This document shows, piece after piece, positions 39,912 through 51,070 of a stretch of DNA of 64,000 nucleotides (the first letter of the stretch is position 1; every line of letters starts with the position of its first letter). The position numbers were made by a program, and so were the translations under genes. Location: positions 1,302,001 to 1,366,000 of the forward strand of contig JBLDXI010000028.1 of assembly GCA_047495785.1 (NCBI GenBank), written 5' to 3'. The stretch comes from Lepidodermella squamata (Eukaryota > Animalia > Gastrotricha). Under the pieces are notes generated by a model, which had not been told where the DNA came from, did no database searches, and saw only the letters and a list, made by a program, of their open reading frames with translations.

Positions 39912-41998
39912 ATGACTCAAATTTCCATCAATGCTACACAGCTTGAGCAAGTTCGCAAAGTTATCGAGGCAACGGCAAATAAAATGGCTGAAAATATATT
40001 AACAAAGGTGGGTCAACAAATTGCTGGCTATTTTTATTGAAATTATTTTCTGCAGCTGAAGAATCGAGTTTCGGCAGAACTATTGAATTCAACGGCTGGA
40101 ATTTTCCCGAATCCTGATGTCGAACGAAATATGAACGCGTTCTTCCTGCTCATAACTGCCTTCAGCATTTTTAGTATAAAAATCGCAATTATTTAGCAAT
40201 TTTCAATTGAAATATTCCTAAATCTAGGCATGAATTTCGGATTCGGTCTACTCGAAGCTGGGCTGGTTCGGAAGAAAAATTCGGCGAATAGTATTTTGAA
40301 AAATGCTTCTTATTCCTGTTAGTTGATTCGCAATTTCTCGCCAATTTTTCAATTTTTTTCTTACAATTTTCAGTGATTGCCATAATTTCGTGGTGGCTAA
40401 TTGGATTTTCGATTGCCTTTGGAAAATCTCAATACGGTGTGGTCGGATCGCTAGAATACGCTGCCAGACCAGGTCCGCGTGGAGCTTTTTGGTTCTTTGA
40501 GGTAAGCTAAAAAAAATCCGTTCATATTGGATTATTTTATAAAATCATTTCAAGTACTGTTTTGCCGTAACACCGTGCGCTATTGTCAGCGGTGCGATCG
40601 CGGAAAAAGCTCATTTAATGGCGTTTGTCACATTCACGCTGATGTCGACCAGCGTGATGTACCCTGTCATAGCTCATTGGAGCTGGAACGCAGGTGGGTG
40701 GCTAAAAAATGGCCTAATTTACCAAGCGAACGGAGCGAATTCAACTTTCCAAGTCGGTTACCAGGTTGGAATACAAATATTTTTCATAAAAAAATTAGAA
40801 TCTCAATTAGGATTTTGCTGGTTCCGGTGTTTGTCATATTGTGGGAGGCGTTGCGGCTCTCATTTTCGCAATATTTTTGGGACCTAGGATCGGCCGAGTT
40901 CAAAAAGATGGGACTTTTCGATCGATGCCTGGACATTCTCTACCCGTATTTTATGTTCAATTTCAATGATATTAATCATCGCAATTAATATTCATAGTAT
41001 TTCTGCTTTGGTTGCATAAATCTCTTCGTCATGTTCATCGCTTTTAATTGTGGTTCGGAGCTTTCGATCACGAGGCGAGAAGATAACCTACCCGTTTCGC
41101 GCGCCGCAATTAGCACAGTTTTCGCGTCGATGGGCGGCTTCATTACCGGGGCTATCGTCAACCGATTCAAGTTGAAAAGATGGTCAGTGGCTCCCACCCT
41201 TTGCAGCGGCCTCACGGGGACAGTCGCAATATGCAGCTGCTGCAACTCTGTCGAACCGTGGGCAGCGTTCATAATAGGGTAAAAATTCGAAAAATTTAAT
41301 TAAAAATTTAGATTCAAATATTTCGAAAACAGGGCTGTCTCAGCGCCTGTTTACCTCACGTTATCAAACTGCCTAGAGCGGCTAAAAATCGACGACGTAG
41401 TCGATGCGGTGCCTGGTAACAAAATTAAAAAAAAGTATTTAAAATACCATTTTAATTTGAAAATGTTGTGTCTGCTTTATACTCAAGTTCATTTGGGTGG
41501 TGGAATCACGGGTCCGATTTTGTTGGCTTTTCTTCAAAAAGATCGCGGAATTATCTACCAAGCGACAAAGAAATCTGGCCTGGTAATTAAAATTCCAAAA
41601 AATTTGAACTCGATTGATATTTTCGCTTTCAGATTCTGGCATGGCAGCTCGCCGGGATAATAACCATAATTATTTACTGCTCTATTTTAACGAGTCTTCT
41701 TTGCCTTGCTCTTCGCAAGTTCAAGTTACTGCGAGTTTCGCCCAAGGAAGAAATTGAAGGTAAATGAATTTTTTTCTTCATTTTTTTATTAATATTTTTT
41801 ATAGGTCTCGATTTAACTTTCGGTCATTGTATCGATAGCGGCAATTCATCTCCTGTCGTTTTAAAGCAGAAACCGGGCTTGTCACAATTTTCCCTGGCTA
41901 CATTGCCCAGTAATTTACGCCTGACCTCGAACAGCTCGAGCGCAGCGCTTATCACCATGCGCAATCGGCGACTAATCTCCCCGGCTAAACCATCGTAA
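39912..41998 (+). CDS. amt: Ammonium transporter paralogue 5 (about 11 exons)
   Basis: [61 protein letters not shown]. Confidence 0.92.
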
Positions 41999-43359
41999 AA
42001 ATTTCACCACCAGGCAGAAAAATAAATCCCAAAATATACACACCGTTAATCTGACACTTTTCGATAACAAATTGTCACTCAGGTGATAAGTGCTCTCTCG
42101 AGATTTTCCGGAATAAAATCGTAATTTTCCGCTTGAGTGACTGTTGTTACATCTTGGCGCATCATGATTGATGATGACTTCCGACTTCAAAGATGAAGAC
42201 ACCGATATATATATCTAGCTAACGACGCCGAAAAAGCCGGAACGGATGCGGAAAAGTGCGGCGGCGCAAAATTACGGCGGTGTCATTAAGTGCGCGGCAT
42301 TGCGCAACGACCGTCGCGGGGTCATTAGAGCCATATACGATTGCACCACATCGATAGACGTCAATCATTAACCATCTGGGCGCCCAGCAATATCGGAAGA
42401 AAAATCTAGATAGGATGAAAAAAAATAACTCGGTTGGGGTTGTTCGATGAGTGTCGCGCGACGTGTGACAAGTGTCATTGATGCGCGCAGTTGGAGGTGT
42501 CTCGTGCGCGCGCTCATCAGAGCGTCGAAAAGCGCGGAGCGAAGACAATAAACGCGAGGTGATGCTCTACGACTGATTGATACCACTGATAGTCAGGCCA
42601 TCTTCACTTTCGAGGTGATACCTACTCGCACAGCAGTCGATGAAACACCTCATTGGCCAAAATACATCATCATCAGGGTGAATAAACCCGGTCAAGCGTG
42701 AGAGTAATAAAAAATCGAGCCCAGGTGAAATTGGGTAAACATTTCCATCCAGGGTTGTCGGTACCAGAAAGACGGTGGTCAGAGATGCGGCCGCACTTTG
42801 TAGGTCCGTTGTCAAACGCGCGCGACTCGGCCTTTGACATGTGTGTGCGACATCCGAGTCGGGTGACAGGTGCGCCTTTTTGACGCATCCAAGGCGGCCG
42901 CGTCACGCAAAATCACTTCAAGAGTAACAAGCAGGTGCCACCTTGACTAAATAGGTTAATGAACACATGCTGACATGAATTGATTAAAATTTGATTGAAA
43001 TATGGAAATAAAATCATGAATAAATTACGCAGCAGGTATCCCGGTTCCCGAGTAATCCCGAATATCCCAGTAAATCAGTAACACGATGGAACCGGCCATA
43101 TAATGAAAAAGATGTCATTCAGAGAGTTCCTCTCTCAATGGCGGATCCTGAAGACATGTTTTTCACGTTACAGGCGTATTTTTTCGTTATTTTTTCATTA
43201 TTTTTTCATGGTTCCATTTTGGTACCGCATTGAGTCGGATTTAATGACCATGAGACGTCAATTTGACACAGAATTCATGAGAACCGGCACCTTGTTCGGC
43301 GACATGCGTCAGCCAGGTGCTTCGTTACCGCTGACCGTGAATGTGCGCGAATGAGCGAG

Positions 43360-43495
43360 GGGGCGGAGCTTAGCGCCGCGTGACGCGCGCTGATTCGCCG
43401 CCGCCCTTGAACCACGTGCGCCGACCAATGAGCGCGCGCGCACGCGATACGCGCACTATATAAACACGCACTTTACCCTCCAGTTCCGTCATCAC
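43360..43495 (+). promoter_or_regulatory. TATA/CCAAT/GC-box promoter of the orphan gene
   Basis: GGGGCGGAG 43360, TGACG 43381, CTTGAA 43406, CACGTG 43413, CCAAT 43425, TATATAAA 43457, with an Inr-like sequence about 30 nt further and the ATG at 43558. Confidence 0.7.
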
Positions 43496-43557
43496 TGCAC
43501 TCAGCTCTTAATTTGATATTTCGCATTTCCGATTTAATTTAACTACAACCTTCTGCA

Positions 43558-44208
43558 ATGGCTGCTATGTTCCGCCCTCGCAACCCGACCCCGTCGGCTG
43601 CCACCCGTTACCGTGACGACGACGTTTTCGATACTTCGTTCGACTGCGATTCTGTCTTCGAGGAAGACTTCGACATGGACGGCGACTGCGATCTTGCCGT
43701 TTTCATGGCACCAGTCGCCGAGCCTGTCGCTGTTAACCGCCGCTCTCGTCGCTTCCAAGTCCCGACCGTCACCCGTGACTACACCCCGTGCTGGGCCCCG
43801 ACTCGCCCTCGCAACCCGACCCCGGCTCGTGCTTCTCTCTCTAAAGGTAAATTGAAAAACAACCTTAAACTCGGCATGATTACTAATTTTTTCTTGATTA
43901 CTTCAGAATCGACCAAGTCGACTACAACATCTCGCCCGCGTAACCCGACCCCGGTTCGCGCTAAGAAGTCTGTCGTGAAGTCAGGCGCCGTTTCGAAGCC
44001 GATCAGCCTCGTTGTCAAGGCCAAGCAAACGACCGTCGCCGTTGTTGCGTCTCGCCATCCGACGTCGTTCTCGCGCCATTCTTCATCCGGCTTCTCGTCT
44101 TGCTCGTCACCCGTCGCCTCGCCATCGCCTCGCCTCGTTCTAGCGTGTCGTGACACCCTGATCAGCAACGCGTCTGTGTTCAGTTTCCGCCGTCACTTGT
44201 TCGCTTGA
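43558..44208 (+). CDS. Orphan, probably disordered S/P/R-rich protein with 3x RPRNPTP; exons 43558-43847 and 43908-44208
   Basis: Strong codon bias; AT-rich 60-nt GTAAAT...TTCAG intron; upstream core promoter; AATAAA near 44373. Confidence 0.75.
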   Translation: MAAMFRPRNPTPSAATRYRDDDVFDTSFDCDSVFEEDFDMDGDCDLAVFMAPVAEPVAVNRRSRRFQVPTVTRDYTPCWAPTRPRNPTPARASLSKGKLKNNLKLGMITNFFLITSESTKSTTTSRPRNPTPVRAKKSVVKSGAVSKPISLVVKAKQTTVAVVASRHPTSFSRHSSSGFSSCSSPVASPSPRLVLACRDTLISNASVFSFRRHLFA

Positions 44209-45190
44209 ACATCGATTCTTTGTCAACCCCTTGATCGCTTTGTGCTCATTTTTGTAAATATTTCGTCATTTTTTATTCATTTCTTGCTTCGCTTGTTTGA
44301 TATAACGACGTAAATGCATGTACATATTTCGAAATTTATTATATATTAATTTGAAAATGAGTTATTAAACGCAATAAATATTCGATGGTATAACTGATTG
44401 GTTTTTATTACGAGGTCACTAACAAAAGGCATTTTCCGAATTTGCAGTTTGGTTTCAACTAATCCAAATAGTAATTATTTTTTATCATCTCGATGATATG
44501 GTAACCACATTTTCCAAGAATTAGTCGCTTCCTGGTGGAAGTTTTCAGAAGTTTTTGGAAGTTTTTGCTGCATAAAGCGGTTCATTATTCGCTCTCGTCA
44601 CGCAACAAACGATCAGCCTATTTCCCGGCATTATCGGTAATTTTCACCCGGATTAACTCCGAACTTCCGCTTCTACGTCAAGCCCTGATCCGGACATGAC
44701 CCACTTGATGAGGCTAATAAATAACCCCGTCATCCCTTCGTTGCGCTTGACATTGCGCGTAATCTCCTGATGACGATATAGGTTGCAACAAGTTGGCGCC
44801 AAAATGGAACCGGGTTGCAAATCTTGATAGGCGAATCTAGACGAGACGGCAATTGTTTTAATATTACTTTCCTCAAAGATCTCCGCTCGCGATCTTTAAG
44901 GGCGCGCGCGCGCTCATTGCAGCTACCTGTAATTAGTGCGCCAACCGAGTGCGCGGTCCGCGATTTGAGCGACACGGTGACCGCAATTTCGGTACCGCGC
45001 ACTTGACCGTGTAATTAGACCAGTGCGCGCGCCCGCCTTGATTTCATCGACCGCCGTCTTGCGCTTCAATGCGCATTTGTTATACAACAATAATACGACG
45101 CATGGAGCAGTCCGGAAAAATCATTGGAATAATTTAAATCCGAAAAAATATGAACGAGACAATAAAATCAGATCGTAAAAATAAAGCGCA

Positions 45191-48100
45191 ATGATGATAT
45201 CAAATAAAGTCGAGCCCGAGTTTTCAAATACTATGCTAAGAATCGGCGGTTTTCACCGCGATACCGTGTTTGACCGGATAATACAGGGTCATAATTCGGT
45301 GAATTTAACATCACACGTGTTCGGGTCGATCAGCATACGAGACCTGAAGCCGGCTTTTATGGAGTTGGTTCACGATCCTGAGGTTCAACGGACTTTAATT
45401 CGGCATGTTAAATTCGAGGGTGTACAACTAGCGGCGCATAGCTCGGCATTTTTTCTCGTAGCAATGGCCATTCAAGTTCACGGTATACCAATAATTAAGA
45501 CAATTTGACGATTTTTATGTTTTGAATGTTAACAGTCATGCAGGCCGGTTTTGCGCTGATTGAAGCCGGTTGCGTTCGATCGAAAAGCGTGACGAATACA
45601 TTTTGGAAAAATTGCGTTTGCGCCTGTAAAATTTTGATTTTTTTTTCTAATTTTCCTTAATTTTTTCTCTTCCTCTCCCAGATATTGCGACAATAGGATT
45701 TTGGTTAACTGGCTACGCAATCGCTTTCGGACCTTCACTCGAAGGATTAGGAATTATTGGTACCGATTTTTGGGCCTTCACTAACCTCAACACATCTGAA
45801 TACAGCCAATGGTTTTATCATGTAAATAGGGAAAATATTCAATAATTTACCTAATTTTTTAACATTTTTTGTTAATTTAGTGCGCATTTTGCGCTACCGC
45901 GTGTACTATCGTTTCAGGTGAGCAACATTTTGATGACCACAGAAAATTTACATTTTTACTAAATTAATTTGTTGAATTTTCTCGATTTTCTTGATTTTTA
46001 TTTGATAGGTGCCATAGCCGAACGAGTTCATGTATTGTTTTTCGTTGTCCTCACCCTCGTAAATTCATCCTTCACGTATCCTCTCGTCGTTCACTGGGTA
46101 TGGTCAGAATGCGGATGGCTAAAACGAGGCGTTCCTTTCATTAACGGCAACCGGGCAACGATTCTATGCACTGAATCAATTCGAGAGGCGAAATACACGG
46201 TCGGATTCGAAGACTTCGCCGGAAGTGGGCCAGTTCATGTTGTAGGCGGAGCTTCAGCTATGGCTGCTATTATCATGCTTGGCTCGAGACGGGGTCGATG
46301 GCAGAGCTCGAGACGCGAATCGATTGGATTAGTCACTTTTCACGAAAATCATATACAAGGCCACTCAATCACGGTAAAATCACGCGATTTATGTGATAAT
46401 TTACCCGAATTTTCATGATTTCTAGCTGACGGCACTTGGCTTTATGATTCTGTCAGCTGGTTTTGTGGCTTTTAATGTCAGCTCCAACATGCAACTTGGT
46501 AATCAGCTCAATGACGATGCAACTATTGGCAAAATAGCTACTAATACAGGTATCAATCAATCAATCAATTTATTTGCAAACTTCGTTCACAGGACTAGAA
46601 GGGCACGCAGGCCTCTTACACTAACCCGATGCAATAAGATTTCCTTTACAATATTTCTTCAGATTCACGCGGTACAGATTTCGTTTTACGATATTGTTCT
46701 TTATATCAGCAGGTAAATTATCGTCAAAGTTAAATACGGTAGTCGGCAATCGATTCCAATTGTTTACTGTACGGTTCAAAAAATAGTTCTTATAAATAGG
46801 TTTGGTGGGATTTTTGCACTTCATATTCGGATTTAGAACAGAGAAACGAAAACGATGACCTCGATTGTTATTCAACAAAAATTTTATATTATTAGAGATA
46901 GATGTTTTAACAGACCCATTTATTATTTTGAAAAGGAAGCAAAGATCGTATATAAGGCGCCGTTCTTCGAGAGACACTAGCCGAAATTTTTTTAGACGCT
47001 CGGAATAGGACGGGCGCGAAGGATCGTAGGGTGATAAATTAAGAGCACGGCGAGTAAAGTAAGATTGCAATTTTTCTAATTTGTCAATTTCATTTTTAAA
47101 CCAAGGTGACCAGATGCAAGTACAATTCTCTAGCAACGGGCGAACATATGTACAGTAGGCACGTACTAACGTCTCAGGAGACTGACCTTTCAGAGCACGT
47201 AGTATCAGGTTTGCACGTAGGTAGGCTTTAGAAACAATCGAATTAATATGGGCTTTGAATTCTAGCTTTTCATCAATAAGAAGACCCAAGTCTTTATAGT
47301 TGAGACATCTTTGAAGCAAGTTTCCCCCTAGGTAGTAGGAAGATTTTGGATTTTTGAAGCCAAGATGAAGAACCGCACATTTGTCAATAGAGAGCTTTAG
47401 TTGCCAAGTTTCAAGCCAGACAAAGATGTTTTCAAGAGATAGAGATAGACGTTCAGAGAGAGATGAATCATTTTTACAAAAGACTATGTATAATTTGCAG
47501 TCGTCAGCGAACAGTTTAATGGAGACACCTTCAGGTAGGATATCGGTAAGGTCATTAATGTAGAGCAGAAATAACAGAGGGCCCAGAACGGAACCCTGAG
47601 GTACGCCACTGGTTACGCAAATTTCATCGCTTAGGGTTCCGTTGACATTGACACGTTGGGTACGATTAGTAAGATAGCCAGTTTAGAAGATTACCATCAA
47701 CTCCAATAGCTTTAAGTTTTATTAAGAGTTTCCGATGGCAAACAATGTCGAAGGCCTTAGCAAGATCTAGGTAGACTATATCCGCAAATTTCATGCATTC
47801 AAAGGCAAAGGTCCAGTCAAGCACGCATTCAAGCATTTGAGTAGCGGGTGATTTAAGTCGCATGAATCCATGTTGATCCGCAGAAATAATGCTGTGATAT
47901 AAGAGGAAGTCGAGGATTTTATTTCGAATTATTGTTTCGAGAATTCGAGGTAGACAGGGTTGCCCTCAGATTTTTTTCATAATTTTGACCTTAAGTGAAT
48001 CCAATTGGTTGTAGCATATTCTAGTCTAAAATCGGTATGCAAATCGCTTTTAAAACACGAGTAAAATTTGCGTAAAAGGTCCAATTAGCATATGCAAATG

Positions 48101-49579
48101 ATGTGTCCAAATTCAGAGGTTACTTCACGTATTTCTTAAAAATCAAAGTGAACTACGAAATTTCTCAAAATTTACCTGTCGATTCAGAATCTTCACCCCA
48201 AGGTTTCACAATTTTTCCAAAATTTTCAGACGAAAACATAATTTAAAAAAATTTAAAAACGTGCTTGGTCAAAGTTACAGTATTTAAATTTAATTTTTTG
48301 AATATTTTCTGAAAATATAAGATTAATTTATCGCATTTTTTAGTGCTTGGAGCCTCAGGTGGTATGCTGATATCTACAGCTGTAACGCTGATAGTTACCC
48401 GAAAGTGGCTAATTTTGCCGGCATTATTCGGCGGACTAGCCGGCGATGTGGCCATGGGAGCCGGTTGCAACGTCTACGACGCCTGGGGCGCCTTCTTGGT
48501 CGGCATTTTAGGCGGCATTGTCTACATGACAATTTCCAGGTTCATGGTCAAAATTCGACTTGACGATGTTGTAGACGCAGTTGCAGGTAAAAATTAAAAT
48601 GAATAGAAAATTACCGAAATTTCGGGTTCAATTTTATAGTTCATTTGGGCGGCGGCGTGACCGGCCTGATTGCTCTAGCATTTTTCCATCCTGATACTGG
48701 AATTTTATACAAATGGAATTCCCGATCAATATTGGTGCGTTTTAAACTAATTTTACCAGTATTTTCTTATGATTGTTTTGAGTAGCTTTTGTGCTGGCAA
48801 TGTGTTGGAACATTTTCAATAGCAGCCTGGGCCTCGATGAATACAATGGTCGTATTTTTCTGTCTGACTTGCTTCAAAAAACTACGATTCAGGTCTCGGA
48901 TCGAAAACCGAGGCATGGACTACGCTCATGACCACGAAATTTGCTACCCACCGAAATCGAACCCTTGGCAAGCTTCTGATATTGTCGAGATGAGCGGCAG
49001 TGAAAAGCGAAGAAATGCAATCGTTTCACAATTCGGCGAAAGTGACAAAAATGACGAAATTATTAACGACGAGATGACTTGTGAAATCGTCGATTTAAGT
49101 AAGGTTCTAATCAATTTAAAAAAAAATTTAGAAGAGAAATTCAGATTTTATTGAAATTTTACTATTTTTCAGGCGAAAAAATTCCTGAAAATGTTGCGAC
49201 CGAGCTGTCTCACCATCTATACGAAAATACACCTCTAGTAAGAAAGGAGCCGCCTAAAATTCTGGACCTAGCCTCACGACCTATTCCGACCCCGCCCGAA
49301 AATTCCAAAATTGATCAAGCGGAACAGTTCGTGAAGCCAACCAGGCGTGACGCAGCCGCGATGACTGATAATTGGGACGAAACTCTAAAAATCACCGTTT
49401 CACCGGGGCTGACCCCTGTTACCTCGAAAGACCTGCCTAACTGTGACAAAATGTCTCGACACGCTTCGATGAAATCGCGTCCGGAGACGCCAACAGCTAC
49501 GGTTCGCCGTCTAGCCGACGGAACGTTCGACATCGAAGCGCAATATGTCAATGTTGCAATTCAAGTCACAGAATTATGA
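45191..49579 (+). CDS. amt: Ammonium transporter paralogue 6 (about 10 exons; LINE in one intron; long C-tail)
   Basis: VMQAGFALIEAG, GAIAER, DFAGSGPVH, FVAFNVSS, DDVVDAVAVHLGGG, ENRGMD. Confidence 0.9.
46553..47947 (-). mobile_element. 5'-truncated CR1/L2-group LINE with one frameshift
   Basis: QHGFM, YLDLAKAFD, SGVPQGSVLGPLLFLLYINDL, LFADD, KDLG, YVRPLLE. Frameshift near 47680. The 3' end is AAATAAA plus an (ATTG)n tail. AGGTA occurs on both flanks. Confidence 0.92.
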
Positions 49580-51070
49580 TTGGATCATCTTTTATCTTTC
49601 GGCCGATAATTTTTTGTCCATTTTGCTTTTCTTGTGGAGTATCGTTACATTTCCCAGCTGTTGTCACAAAAAAATAAAAAGACCCTGGTATTTGTACTAA
49701 ATGCCTTTTGTTCCAATAAAAATCATTTCAGTATAGATTTTCTGCCATATTTGATTGAATTAAAAACATGTGAAGATGTGCTAATCGCATTTAATCGCTC
49801 TTTTTTCTTAATGGCCCACGCCTGGAAGTATAGTTGCGATAACGCCTCAAGGGTTCTTTGAATCTGCTATCAGAGAGCAGGAAAGTATTTAAAAAAGCAT
49901 ATGCTTGAAAATAAATGTGATTCCTTAGCAATTTGAGAGCAATCGAAAGCTTAAAATGATTGAAAACGTTGAAATTTTTCAGTCTCTGTCTATAAATAAT
50001 GTTCTAATAGCTTATGAGAACACATTCGAGAAATAGCAAACAGGAAGTTAATTCTTGTATAGAAAAAAGTGCTCTCGAGGCATCATATAGACCTCTCAGT
50101 TTTCAATTAGAAATCATCCGTCTTACATTTTTCGAAGTCTTGATGAGTTTGTGCGGTTCATGGGTAGAAAAATTAACATTCTCCACCTTCAAAATGACTT
50201 GTGCACGAAACACATAGTAACAGCTAGCAATCTTTATTATATTCTATCCTTTATTCACTAAATACAATAATGTAACCTTGCTATTCACTGCAGGAAAAAA
50301 AATTGGGACAAGCTACGCTCATGGAAAGGCTAATAAAATAACCCGCTATGAGGCCCTATTATCCAGGTGGAACTTTCTCGTTGGTCTCCTTTGTTCTGTA
50401 TCAACCATGCCAAAAGCTATTTATTGTTAACCCAGAATTAATATAGCATTGACCCTAATTAACCCTGATTACTGGTGACTCCGAATATTCGATTGCTGCA
50501 AATTTTGAATTTATTGGGACATCATTCTGGATTTTTCAAGGCGTATAAACTGCGGAAAAAGAATAATTTCCAGTCTCCTCTATATAGGATATTTCGAAAA
50601 AATCGCGGCATAGTTGCCGAAGCGATCAAGCGAAGCGTTGTTTGTATTTCCGCTAATAATACTATCACGCTGCATATCAATATAATAGTTCCCCGTTTTA
50701 TCTCCAGAAAAGCGATCAACGCCTAAAATTATCATTATTATATATCTCGCACAAATATGTTTTTTATCTAAAGCGCAATTCAAGTCAAGAAGTTTTTACG
50801 CATTTTTATATAACGCAGACATCGCGACGCCCGGCATGGGAATAGCATACGTTAGCGAGAGATAACTGTCAAATATTTTTCGTTTAATCTCATTTCAATC
50901 CGATTTTTATTGGCGCCGGGATGGCGAGAGGTTGCTCCCACTTCAAAATATTCTTGCTAATTTTTTGCTCTCAGGATAACTAGGCCAACACTTCCCTGAG
51001 GTTACAAATTGTGGCTTTTATTAATGAGGCCATTTTTTCTGACAGTTTTTCCGTTGCATAGGCAGTTAAC

